Shown here piece by piece: positions 1 to 11,274 of a stretch of 64,000 nucleotides of DNA; the first letter of the stretch is position 1; the number at the start of each line of letters is the position of its first letter. The stretch spans positions 264,709 to 328,708 of the forward strand of contig NIVC01000550.1 in assembly GCA_002269645.1 (NCBI GenBank), given 5' to 3'. The translations under genes and the position numbers were made by a program. The notes beneath the pieces are model-generated. The model did no database searches. It saw only the letters and a list, made by a program, of their open reading frames with translations, and had not been told where the DNA came from. Source of the stretch: Macrostomum lignano. Taxonomy: Eukaryota.

Positions 1-1043
1 GAGTCGCTAGTTTAGTTAGGCGCCGCACTAGTCAGCTGTTGCCCTCGCCTTCTCCCCAGGTTTTCTGTCTGCCGCTGGGCAGTTGCCTGTCCCTCCCGCC
101 TGTCCCTGGCCTGTCCTCTGCCCGTTTGTCTGTCTGTCTGTTTGTCCTCGTTTGCCCTTTTGTCTCGTTTTCCCTTTTTTGCAGTGCCCAGACAGCTTGG
201 TCTGGCCTGCCTCTGTTTCGTTCTCTGTCAGGCATCTCCAAATTTGGAGTGCCTTTCTGTTTTCCGGTCCCACGGTCACGAGTGCCTTCACTTGTGGGCC
301 TTTTCCCCTTGTCATGTGAGTCAGTCACATGACAAGGCCCTCTTCCTTCTTTAGTCCAAAGTGCAATGATTTCATCATTGTACGCTGGGCTCGTGTTTAT
401 GGGGAGATCACGTGCGCCCGGACCCCCCCTTTGCCTCCTCTGAGGCAGGGCCCGCTTGTTTGTTGCTAAAAATAGCAACAGAGTCACTTATGACTCTCAG
501 CGGGGGCCTTTCGTGCTATGGTGCAATCGATCCTCCCTATAAATGCGGCCCCTCTCATGGCTTGGCTCAGACAAGCGCTTTTCCTTGCGTTTCCTTTCGT
601 TCCTTCCGTTCCTACCGTTTCTAGCGTTTTCCGCGTCCCGTTTTCGTTTCTAGCGAACTCTAAGTTGTGTGCCAGTTTGCGCTTCAAGTGAACTCCAAGC
701 TCCCGACTTTGCGCGTGACTGCCTCTGATTGTTCCTGCTATCAGCTAGCAGGCCAGCTCGGATCGCCCGGCTAGCACTTTCGCTCTCGCCCCGCACAGCC
801 CGGCAGGGACTGCTGACGGGGGCACCTCTGCGCGAGAGCTGCTAAATCTGCACGGAGTGCGAGTCTCTTTCTCTCGTCTTAGTTATTTGCTTCTACGAGC
901 TCAGCACCTCACGAAGGCTGCGACTCTGCGAAGCTGGTGGCAGCACTACCGACGCTACTAGATCAACCTGGAGACTTCCCAGAGGAGCTCAAGGTGGGCA
1001 GCTCTCGCAACTGATTGGGAAGCAGCAAGACACCAGTACTTCA
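1..1043 (+). repeat. 5' LTR
   Basis: Matches 9004-10054; ends ...TACTTCA immediately before TTGGTG. Roughly ten substitutions and a similar number of 1-2 nt indels versus the 3' LTR (by eye). Confidence 0.95.
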
Positions 1044-1044
1044 T

Positions 1045-1068
1045 TGGTGACTCAGCGGTGGGATTCGA
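1045..1068 (+). promoter_or_regulatory. Primer-binding site, tRNA-Leu-like but imperfect
   Basis: TGGTGACTCAGCGGTGGGATTCGA 1 nt after the LTR; close to the complement of a tRNA-Leu 3' end (TGGTGGCAGCGGTGGGATTCGA) with ACT replacing G. Confidence 0.7.
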
Positions 1069-1150
1069 CGAGTCAACGACACGACTATCTGGGATTCGAC
1101 GAGTCAACGACACGACTATCTGGGATCCGACAAGTCAAGATTCGACTACT
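1060..1150 (+). repeat. 31-bp tandem repeat (2 exact copies, 1 degenerate) in the 5' UTR
   Basis: GGGATTCGACGAGTCAACGACACGACTATCT at 1060 and 1091; degenerate copy at 1122. Confidence 0.9.
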
Positions 1151-1208
1151 ACTACACCCAAGACAACCGCTCTTTCGAGTAAGAATTCGGCTATTCTACT
1201 AATTTGAA

Positions 1209-2376
1209 ATGTTTAACGAGAGAGAAGAGAGCCGGTGCAGCAGCCGGCTGGATCAGCACATCAGCAGTTCGAGACCTGCAGCAGCATCGGCTGCCGCAGC
1301 AGCAGCGGTCAACGACCTTGGTCAGCAGATGCCGCGGCGAAGTGCGAGAAGCGAAGTGTCCGAAGACCCGCCAGACGAGCTTCTGCCAGGTTTGGACGAC
1401 CTCGGCCAGAACATCAGGCCCCAGGATGTGAGAACGATGATGGCAGCTCTGCAGCAGCAGATGGAGCGGCCGGTAAGCAAATCTGTTAAGATTGTAAAGT
1501 ACACGCCCAGCCAGGACATCCACGTCTGGCTCGCCGCGTTCGAGCAGCGCTGCGAGATGGAGCGTATCGAAGACCCGATCGAGATGAAGCAGCACCTCGT
1601 TGCGAGTCTAGATCTGGCAACTGCTTACCCGGCTCTGCTCAGTATGCACCTCCCACGCTATGCTGGCTACGAGGAGGTCAGGCAGCGACTGATCGAGAGA
1701 TTCGCCCGCCACGGTGGCGCGGATGAATATCGAGAGCTGCTGAGGCGCCGTCAGCAAGGCAAGAATGAGTCAGCAGAAGAGTACGCTGATGCCCTGCGCA
1801 CCTTGGGAGAGCGAGCGTACCCTCGAATGCACCCTGAGGATCGAGAGCGGGAGCTGGCTGATCAGTTCCTAGCTGGCATCAGGACGACACCAGATCTGCG
1901 CGAGCGGCTCTATTGGGTCCGCCCGAACAATCTGCTGGCCGCTATTCGAGAACTCCATCGTCTGGAAGGCGCCAAGGAACTGGCGCAGCGCTCTGCTCAA
2001 CCCCGGTTCGCATGCTGAACGGGGAGCGCGACGGTGACCCGACGCCCGACGCCACCGCTCAAGCTCTCCTAGCTCTGACTGATCTGCTAGAGAAACAGCA
2101 GCGACTGCTAGACAACCTGGTGCAGCGTGACCAGCAGCAGAAACGAGTCCGCCGGCGAAAGCCATGATCTGCTATGGCTGTGGTCAGCCTGGTCATCGCA
2201 ATGCACAGTGCCCGTTACGCCAGAACCAGGGAAACGGCGAGACGGAGAGCGCCCACGGCAACGCCCTCCGCAGAGCCCAAGCCCCGGCTACTTGGCAGAC
2301 TCCGAACGCTCACCAGAAGAAGAGGATGTCGGCTGCACAGGCGCCAATGCCCAGCCCGACAATCGCTCATCAGTAA
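1209..2376 (+). CDS. gag: Gag (capsid-like domain plus CCHC zinc knuckle), interrupted by two apparent 1-nt deletions
   Basis: ORFs 1209-2018, 1913-2167 and 2164-2376 join up; retrotransposon-gag motif RRRQQGKNESAEEYADALRTL; knuckle CYGCGQPGHRNAQC. Confidence 0.9.
2229..2235 (+). other. Putative -1 programmed ribosomal frameshift site G_GGA_AAC (gag to pol)
   Basis: Canonical X_XXY_YYZ heptamer in the correct phase of the gag frame; the -1 frame is the protease ORF (2127-2771); CGGAG-AGCG...CGC-C-CTCCG stem starts about 6 nt downstream. Confidence 0.75.
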
Positions 2377-5300
2377 GTGAGGCTGAGTGCGGAGGTTTCG
2401 TGGACACCTCCGATGATCAAAAAATCCATGCGCGTGAGGCTGATCCGTACGTCACCGGCCGATTGGCGGGCCGAGAAGTCCCTTTCCTACTAGACAGCGG
2501 CAGTCGGAAAAACTTTCTTGGAGCGTCGACCTGGGCCAATGTTAGACGTCGGATGCCTCGTTGTATCATATCGCATGCTATCCCGGATTGCGTGACCATG
2601 TACGACGGTACGCAGCTACCCCTTGCGTGTAAGGTGATCATCCCGGTGGAGTTTGGTGATGTCGTCGCGGACACCGAATTCCTGGTCACGGTCACCGATT
2701 GTGAAAATTTGCTTGGTATTAATTTCATGCGTGAACACTGCCAAACTTGGACTTTGCGCAAGGAATGTTAAAGTTCAACAATGGCGCGTGCATTCCCGTT
2801 CGCTATTCGCGCCGTGAGCTTCAATCATGCCGGGTGTACACCTCCGAGAAGTGCACTCTGCCGCCGAGAAGCTCAGCGCTGTTGGCCGTCCAGTTGGATG
2901 TCGGCCACCCCGAGAACCGAGGATCGCCATCAATCGTCGAGCTGGTGAAGTCGAGACTGCACCCCAGCTGCAACACTCTGGAAGCAGCTCCAGCTCTGAT
3001 GACGATGCCTGAAGGTCGAGGCTACATCGAGGTCGTCAACACTGCTGACTGCGAGGTGTTCCTGCAGTCGGGCATCCGCGTTGGGTTGCGACACCACTTA
3101 GAACTGCCGACCTGATGTACCTGGAAGAGACGCCGGAACCTGAAGTGCGACATTTGCCAAGGAGCCCTGAAGAGTCCAGCACAGCTTGGCTAGAGGAAGT
3201 CGAGATCAACAGCGAGCTGTCCGAAGATCAACGACAGAGAGTGCGAGATCTACTAGTTGAGTGTCAAGCAGCCTTCTCGAAGCATCTGCTAGACGCTGGC
3301 CTGACACACTGGTGACCCACGAGATCATCCTGAAGGATCGGACACCAGTTGCGCTACCACCGCGCAGGATCCCGCCTCATCTGAAGGACAAGCTAGACGC
3401 CCTGCTAGACGAGATGCTGGCGAAGCACATCATTCGCCCGGCTTATTCTAGCTACAACTCGCCAATGCTGATAGTGCCCAAGAAGGACGGCAACATCAGG
3501 CTGGTGCATGACTTCAGAGCTCTCAACGACAAGTGTGTGTACCACCCGTACCCGCTGCCGCACATTCAGGAGACCTTCGCGAAGCTGCGTGGTGCCCAGT
3601 GGTACTCTAGCTTGGATCTCGCTCAAGGATTCTGGCAGATCCCGCTGCGCGACTGCGATCAGCACCTGACGGCGTTCTCTGTGATTGACCGCGGACAATT
3701 CTGTTTCAATGTTCTACCGATGGGTCTCCACGATAGTCCAGGCAGCTTTCAGCGTTGCATCAATAAGCTCCTGGACGGCCTGACGCCAAAGACTGCGCTT
3801 GGCTACATGGATGACATCGTGGTGCACTCTGTGACCTTCGAGGAGCAGCTGGACAACCTGCGGACTGTACTCCAGCGGATTATCGCAGCCAACCTCAAGG
3901 TCAAGCCGAAGAAGTGCCATTTGTTCCTCAAGGAGCTGCATTATCTAGGCCACGTCGTGACTCCCGACGGCCTGAAGACCTGTGAGGACAAGATTGCGCA
4001 GATCCGTGATTGGCCCGTGCCACAGTCCGTTACTCAACTGAGACAATTCCTAGGCCTCGCCAATTACTACCACAAGTTTGTCAACGGCTACGCTGGATTT
4101 GCTGCGCCGCTACATGCCCTGACTCGAAAGGACATCGGCAGCCTGCGGCAGCATTGGACTGATGAGCACCAGGTAGCGTTCGACACGTTGAAGAAGAAGT
4201 TGTGTTCGACTGAAGTTCTCGCTCTGCCTGAGTTTAACTCAGATCCTAATGTGAAGTTTGTCCTAGACACGGATGCCTCAGACATTCGCATAGGCGCTTG
4301 TCTTGGACAACGGCAATCCGACGGCGTCGAGCGCCCAATTGCATTCTTTAGCCGGAAGCTTCGTGATCCTGAGAAGCGCTACACGGTCACGAAGAAAGAG
4401 CTGCTTGCAATCGTGGACGCGATGCGACATTTCCGTCATTATTTAATCGGCAAGAAGTTTGAAGTTCGTTCTGACCATCGGGCCTTGCTGTGGCTGCTGA
4501 ACCAGACGCAGGTCACAGGCATCTTGGGCCGTTGGATTGAGCGATTAAGCGAGTTCCGCTTCCAGCTTCACCATCGCAAAGGCAAGGACCACGCCAACGC
4601 TGACGCCCTGTCAAGACGCCCGGAGACACCACCGGTTGACTTCGAGCACGGCCGACTGCTTGAGCACCCCGGTTCTGCAGCCCGACCCGGTGATGACACC
4701 AGCCTGGAGCCGGAATTGGACACCACACGTGAGGCCACTGCGAGAGCAGCCCGCACGAAGAAGGTCCACACTCGCAACAAGGAGGCCGAAACTGCCCTGG
4801 CCGAAGACCTGGAGGCCACTGCGCCAGCAGTCCTTCAGCACGACGACCATCGCTGCAGTCAACGCCTGGAGACCGGTTTGGACACCAACCCGGAGGCCAC
4901 TGACACCTCAGCCCTCCGCAGCGACGCCCACGCCGACTGCCGTTACTTGGAGATTCGCCCGGACAAACCTCGGAGGCCACTGCTGACGTAGACCTCCTTG
5001 ATGATGTCCAAGACTGCGGGTCTCGGAATCTGGAGACGCCCATGGACCACGACTCAGAGGCCACTGAACAAGCAGCCCTTCTGATGACAGCCCACAACGC
5101 GAATCCAGACCAGCAATGTAAGTTCAACTCCCCGGAGTTTTGCGCTGAGAGTTCTCGCCGTGTTGACAGAGGCCAGACTCTCGCGACGGCTGCAAGGTCA
5201 ACGCTCTGTCCCCCGAGCCGACAGACAGCTGCTCATCGCCTGTGCGGAAAGTCGAGTCCCCCTTTGCGACACCGCCCAGTGCTGGAGAAGACTCACCCAA

Positions 5301-8300
5301 TGACGACGATGATCGAGCCGACGGCTACGGCTGCCTGCGACGAGGCGTGCTTCACGTGTTGCGTCTCGCCCTACAGCCAAGAGTCGCCTGGGCTGTGCAG
5401 TGGAGGCAAGTGCACTGCTCCAGCTGCGGAAATTCCTGTCAAGAGAGCGACGATGAGAACTTCGAAACGAGATCAGCGATCGTACGCCGACGTTGTGAGA
5501 CAAAGTCCCTCGGAGCGACCTAATCCTGACGCCGACAAGACGGAGTCGTGTGATCAACTGCGAGCCACAGAAGCGGAGACTGAGGAAATCCGGAACCCTC
5601 AGCCATGCCGCGCAGTGCTCACTGATTTTATGAGGTTGCCGATGACGCGGCAACAGTTTGTCGACGCGCAGCGCGCCGACCGAGCAATCAGCTACGTGCT
5701 CAACTTGGTCGAGAACAAAGCCGCGAAGCCTGAGTTCGACGCCCGGTTGCGACTGACGAAGGAGCAGCGGAATCTGCTCGGATATTATGATAATCTGCGA
5801 GAGGACAACGGCCTGCTGATGATCGATCTGACTGATGGCCAGCAGCCCCGAAGGTTGTCCTGCCCGAAGCTCTAGATGCCCAGGTGCTCCAGGAGCTCCA
5901 CAGTTCGCCACTGTGTGGACACCTCGGCCAGACGAAGACATTGAAGCGGCTACGTGAACGATTCTGGAGGCCCGGATTAGCCCGTGTCACCGAGAACTTT
6001 ATCAGTAAGTGCCGCGCCTGTCTTGAAAGTAAATCCCGAAGACGAGACCGAGTACCTGTACAGAGCTTCCCTGTGTGCGAAGTCCTGGGAAGAGTACATT
6101 GCGATGTAGTAGGCCCTATCGCCCAGAAGAGCAAGAGCGGGAACTGCTACATCTTGACGCTATGCGACGCGACGTCGAAGTACCCGTTCGCCTATCCGAT
6201 GAGGAACCAGAAAGCCAAGACGGTCATCAAGATCCTGCAGGAGCGCTTGATCCCTGACTTTGGTGTACCATGCTGGATACACACTGATCAAGGAACCAAT
6301 TTCACTGGCTCAGCGTTCAAGAAGTTCTGTGACCTGTTTGGCATCCGGCATACGACGACAACACCGTACAACCCAGCTTCTAATGGGCAAGTCGAGAACC
6401 TCAACAAACAGCTGAAGAGTGTCCTCACCTGCCTCCTCGAGCGCAACCATAACGACTGGGACACCTTCCTCCCAGCCTGCTTGATGGCGCTCCGCTCTAG
6501 TGTACACCCGGTGACAGGTTTCACGCCTCACTACCTGGTGTTTGGTCGAGACTTTCGACTACCAATCGACAACGCGATCAAGAAGCTGCCGGAGTATGCC
6601 GATCTGCCTGACTATGTCAAGGACTTCCAGCGCCGCTTAGACGAAGCGACTGAGCTAGCTAAAGAACGCCTACATCTGCATCAGCAACTGCGCGACGAGC
6701 ACTATTCGAACCTGCCCGCTGCCAAGAAGCTCCAACCTGGTGACCTGGTTTTCCTCAACAACCCGGTGCTCGAACCGGATGAAGCGGCGAAGTTCCATCG
6801 ACCTCGCAAAGCGCTGTACGAGGTAGTCGAACCCAAGGGCGAGGTCGTCTACAAGATTCGCCGTAGAGTGCCAAACCCGCGGGCCAGGCGCGACGAGCTA
6901 GTAGTCCATCGCCGGAATCTGCTACTCGTCCCTGATGCCGACTACCAGCTGACTTCGGATCCAGAAGTCGACCAGGCCAAGAAGCGCTGCAGGTTGACTG
7001 ATGCCCCGGACGGTGCAGGACCCGCGACCCTGACACCGATCCCGGAGGACGATCCTGATGATGATGATGACGATGACGCATGGCCGGCCTTCCGGTGGCG
7101 CTTCCGGCCGTTGGCGATCCCGGATGTGCAGCCAGGAGGTGGACCGGTCACGACACCAGCGAACCAGGCAAGTGCATTTCGGCGTGAGCCACTGCCGTAT
7201 GGTGATCGCCATGATGGTGTGCCTGGTTTGAATGCGTCTGCACCTGCTGCTTCTTTTTCACCTGTCCATGCGTCCCCCCTTCCCGAACCTTTTTCGGCGG
7301 TGCAGTCTCCTGCGCCACCTCCTTGCACCACTCAGGTGGAAGCGTCTCCCATACCAGTAGTGGTAGGTAGGCCAGTTAGGGATCGGAGGCCGCCGGAGAG
7401 GCTTCTGATTAGCGATCCTAGGGCCAAAACGTACGTTAGTCGCACCGCCCGCATGCGTGTGCACAAATTAAAACCTTGCAGCGCAGAAATGCACAAGCGT
7501 CCGCTCCACGTGAGCTCAAGCTCCTCGTCCGATGCGGAGCAAGGGCGGCCTAGCCGTAGCCGGCGCCGACCTGGTACCCCGGTCTCGCCAGATACCATGG
7601 GGATCCCGCGGCGCCCGCTGGAGACAATTAACCGGAGACTCAGGGCTGAAGGCAACGGCTCGGCGAGGCCGACGCGCCAGGTTGATCGGCGCCCTCACCG
7701 TCGCACGCCGTCTCCCGAGCCCCAGAGGCGGAATGGGAGGCCACTCCGAACATCGGCACCCAGGCGAAGCCCTTCGCCCGTTCTGGAGAGCCATGCAGCT
7801 CAACACCCCGCTCGGGGTCAACGACACTCGCCCGAAGTCATCGACCTCACGCGCGACTCGCCATCGCCAGACGCGACTGCGCGGACACTCATGGTCGACC
7901 GGATCGCGGCCGCTTTGGCTTACGTGCAGCTGGAACAGCAGGTGATGCGGGGCTTGGCGGACATCCGCCTCCAAGTCCGCAATTCCCTTCCAGACATCGA
8001 CGGGGCTCGGCCGGCGGCCCGTGAGCGAGTCGGGTCGGAGCACCACGGCAGGCCCGGCGGAACAGATGAACGCGGAGGGGATCTCGACGACGCCAGGCAT
8101 CCCGACGCGGCCCCGTCTCCGATGTCTTGGACCGATGACACTCAGGGAGCGGCCGCATGCTCCTCAGCTGTTTGGACCGACCTGGCCGCGTCGCTGCGCC
8201 GCACCCTGCCCAGGGCCCCGCCACCATCGCCCGAACGTCCGGCGGAAACGCTCGATACCGGCACTCAAACGGAGTCGCCAATACCGGAATACCGAGCTAC

Positions 8301-8595
8301 CGTCATCGCTGCCGGCGCCCACCTGATAAGCGCTGTACTCGTCAGAGCGGCTCGGCAAGGCGGAGAAATCGTTGACCTCGGTGGCCCGATCTGGGCGGAG
8401 CTCCGTCAAACCACGGCCGAGGAGAGGAGCCGGTTATTCGCGGAGGCGGTCGGCCTGGCCGGCCCCGACCTGGAGCGGCCGAACCGGCCGTACGCTCTCC
8501 ACCTGGCGGCCGTCCGCGTTGCCCGATTCATGGGCGGCGGGGAAGAAGACCTGCCGATGCTCTTGATGACTCCGCGTCTGTGCTATTTTGACTGA
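2229..8595 (+). CDS. pol: Pol polyprotein (aspartic protease, RT, RNase H, repeat insert, integrase, long C-terminal tail), broken by single-base frameshifts
   Basis: FLLDSGS (PR); LVHDFRALN and YMDDIVV (RT); VLDTDASD (RH); HSSPLCGH...CRAC zinc finger and HCDVVGP/HTDQGTNF/NGQVENLN (IN core). ORFs 2127-2771, 2747-3115, 3115-3315, 3261-4991, 5042-5875, 5884-8595. Confidence 0.95.
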
Positions 8596-8985
8596 TTGGC
8601 GGCCGTACGCTGATGTACGCCCTGTTGACAATGAAGTTGCCCCGTTTGCCGCGCTAGTTAAGCGCCCTTATGCAGGAATTTTAAGCCGGTTGGCTTGTGT
8701 ATTCAGGTATCGCCCGCGCAATATTTAGGCGCCATTTCTAGGGTGGGCCGGCGCCCCCACACCAAATTCGAGCACTAATTTGGCGGGCTGGAGCACGAGG
8801 AATAGTTAGGCGCAGGCTATTAGCGGGTTGGCGCCCCCGCGGTATCAGGCCACTATCTTTACGACCTGGCCAGTCGCGCAATTTCACGAGCGCATTTGAA
8901 ATTTTGTGTGTTTTCTTTTGTCAGTAAATTCACGTTTACTTTGTTTTAAATAAAGCGCGCGCCGCTTCACTCCGCCTCTTTATTT

Positions 8986-8997
8986 GAACGGGGAGAG
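8986..8997 (+). promoter_or_regulatory. Polypurine tract
   Basis: GAACGGGGAGAG directly before the TGTAG start of the 3' LTR. Confidence 0.85.
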
Positions 8998-10054
8998 TGT
9001 AGTGAGTCGCTAGTTTAGTTAGGCGCCGCACTAGTCAGCTGTTGCCCTCGCCTTCTCCCCAGGTTTCTGTCTGCCGCTGGGCAGTTGCCTGTCCCTCCCG
9101 CCTGTCCCCTGGCCTGTCCTCTGCCCGTTTGTCTGTCTGTCTGTTTGTCCTCGTTTGCCCCTTTTGTCTCGTTTTCCCTTTTTGCAGTGCCCAGACAGCT
9201 TGGTCTGGCCTGCCTCTGTTTCGTTCCCTGTTTGGCATCTCCAAATTTGGAATGCCTTTCTGTTTTCCGGTCCCACGGTCACGAGTGCCTTCACTTGTGG
9301 GCCTTTTCCCCTTGTCATGTGAGTCAGTCACATGACAAGGCCCTCTTCCTTCTTTAGTCCAAAGTGCAATGATTTCATCATTGTACGCTGGGCTCGTGTT
9401 TATGGGGAGATCACGTGCGCCCGGACCCCCCCTTTGCCTCCTCTGAGGCAGGGCCCGCTTGTTTGTTGCTAAAAATAGCAACAGAGTCACTTATGACTCT
9501 CAGCGGGGGCCTTTCGTGCTATGGTGCAATCGATCCTCCCTATAAATGCGGCCCCTCTCATGGCTTGGCTCAGGCAAGCGCGTTTTCCTTGCGTTTCCTT
9601 TCGTTCCTTCCGTTCCTACCGTTTCTAGCGTTTTCCGCGTCCCGTTTTCGTTTCTAGCGAACTCTAAGTTTGTGTGCCCAGTTTGCGCTTCAAGTGAACT
9701 CCAAGCTCCCGACTTTGCGCGTGACTGCCTCTGATTGTTCCTGCTATCAGCTAGCAGGCCAGCTCGGACCGCCCGGGGCTGGCACTTTCGCTCTCGCCCC
9801 GCACTGGCCCGGCGGGGACTGCTGACGGGGGGCACCTCTGCGCGAGAGCTGCTAAATCTGCACGGAGTGCGAGTCTCTTTCTCTCGTCTTAGTTATTTGC
9901 TTCTACGAGCTCAGCACCTCACCGAAGGCTGCGACTCTGCGAAGCTGGTGGCAGCACTACCGACGCTACTAGATCAACCTGGAGACTTCCCAGGGGAGCT
10001 CAAGGTGGGCAGCTCTCGCAACTGATTGGGAAGCAGCAAGACACCAGTACTTCA
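8998..10054 (+). repeat. 3' LTR (1057 bp)
   Basis: TGTAGTGAGTCGC...CCAGTACTTCA, a direct repeat of the window start. Confidence 0.97.
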
Positions 10055-10104
10055 TAAGCATGCTTGCATTCCATTTCAGCGAACCACATTCAATTTCGGC
10101 ATGT

Positions 10105-10631
10105 GGGGGGTCTTTCTTGAAAGCAACTTACGATCGGCCATAGACGTAAGTTGGGTAAGCTACACTTACGGGTTGCTCGAAGGACTCGCAAGTGTTAGCT
10201 ATGCGTAAGATTGATCGCAACTTTACGAGTTCGTAACTTTGCACAAAAGACTTTTTCTCGAAAAGTTCGTATGTCTATGGTCTTTCGTAAGGATCTTAAC
10301 CCTACGACTGCTCGGTATCAGTCGTAAGACGAACTTAAGCACTAATCGCATAGTACGTGAAGCTTTAGTCAAGCCAAGTCAAGTTAAACTTTATCGAAGG
10401 TGGGTCTTTCTCGAAAGCAACTTACGATAGACTAAGTAAAGATATTTACAGATTTATGACCATAGACATGCAACTTTTCGTTTCAGATACGACTTACGAA
10501 CAGCGTAAGCCACGCAAAGTCTGAGTGAGTTTTGAGAAAGCGTCTTACGAGCAAACTTACGCTACACGTAAATTTCTTTCTTACGATCTAACTTACCATA
10601 GATCTTACGTGAGTTTCGAGAAACACCCCCC
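10105..10631. mobile_element. Non-autonomous TIR element (MITE), 527 bp
   Basis: Ends GGGGGGTCTTTCTTGAAA / TTTCGAGAAACACCCCCC; internal re-use of the left end near 10400; many CTTACG/CGTAAG motifs; interrupts the host repeat AATTTCGGCA...TGCATTCA. No clean TSD. Confidence 0.7.
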
Positions 10632-10899
10632 TGCATTCAATTTAATTTTGTCTCAAACGTGTCTGCTCGTCTATGGGTAAACTTTATTGACGCATGCAGT
10701 TTGTGAACTCAATTTCGGCATCTGCATTCAGTTTAATTTTGTCTCAAACGTGTCTGCTCTGCACTCAATTTCGGCAATCTGCATTCAAATTCAGCAAAAT
10801 TTAATTAACTAAACGTAAAACGAAACTAATGTCGTCCAATACATGTAGTGTCAGGGAACAAAAGCAGAAAATCGAAGTCACGTCAAGTGTGGCCCTTCA

Positions 10900-11274
10900 G
10901 TCCCCATTCATGTGCATCCTGGCCAGGCTCTCGGTACAAAGCTGAAGCAGTGATTGTACCACTGGAGACACTTGTCCTGAGTGACGCTGTCGTTCACTGT
11001 TAGATCGGCGAAGCGCATCAGCGCATCTCATCGAACTTCGAGTAACACCTTCCACCCCTTGGGTCGTTATATCGACGGCCTGATCGAACTATTGAATAGG
11101 CGGTGGCTCTCTTGATGTTCATGAGCTCTGCAAGTTGTAAATAGTCCTGCCCTGTCTCGTGGGCATCGATAAGGCGGGCTCTATCTCCGTCAGAAGCTCG
11201 TGCGTATGGTCGACCTTCTTCTTCTGACTCAATTTCTTTGTCACAGCTTGTTCTTCAATGATCTCGTCACTCAT
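10900..11274 (-). pseudogene. Internally deleted IS630/Tc1-like transposase (N-terminal HTH joined to the extreme C-terminus)
   Basis: Minus-strand translation RPYARASDGDRARLIDAHETGQDYLQLAELMNIKRATAYSIVR...PRGG, then directly VTQDKCLQWYNHCFSFVPR(C)LAR; DDE core missing. Confidence 0.65.

Larger units (their letters stand above)
1..10054 (+). mobile_element. Near full-length Ty3/Gypsy LTR retrotransposon (first 6 bp of the 5' LTR lie outside the window)
   Basis: Two ~1.05-kb direct repeats (1-1043 and 8998-10054, TGTAG...CTTCA ends), PBS after the 5' LTR, PPT before the 3' LTR, and gag-PR-RT-RH-IN domain order. Confidence 0.97.

Noticed and set aside
28-687. ORFs of 70-151 aa on both strands of the LTR, repeated at 9031-9835
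   Set aside because: They recur only because the LTR is duplicated, shift frame between the two copies, and have low-complexity composition.
4731-5066. Conserved 10-mer with variable ~71-bp spacers, superficially CRISPR-like
   Set aside because: It lies in frame within pol with an 81-bp codon-multiple period, the spacers are homologous at the protein level, and there are no cas genes in a eukaryotic context.
7440-8595. env gene in the Gypsy element
   Set aside because: No signal peptide, furin site or transmembrane segment; the region is in frame with integrase.
9735-10025. 96-aa protein-looking ORF in the 3' part of the LTR
   Set aside because: It has no ATG (TTG directly after a stop), is frame-broken in the 5' LTR, and has no recognisable motif.
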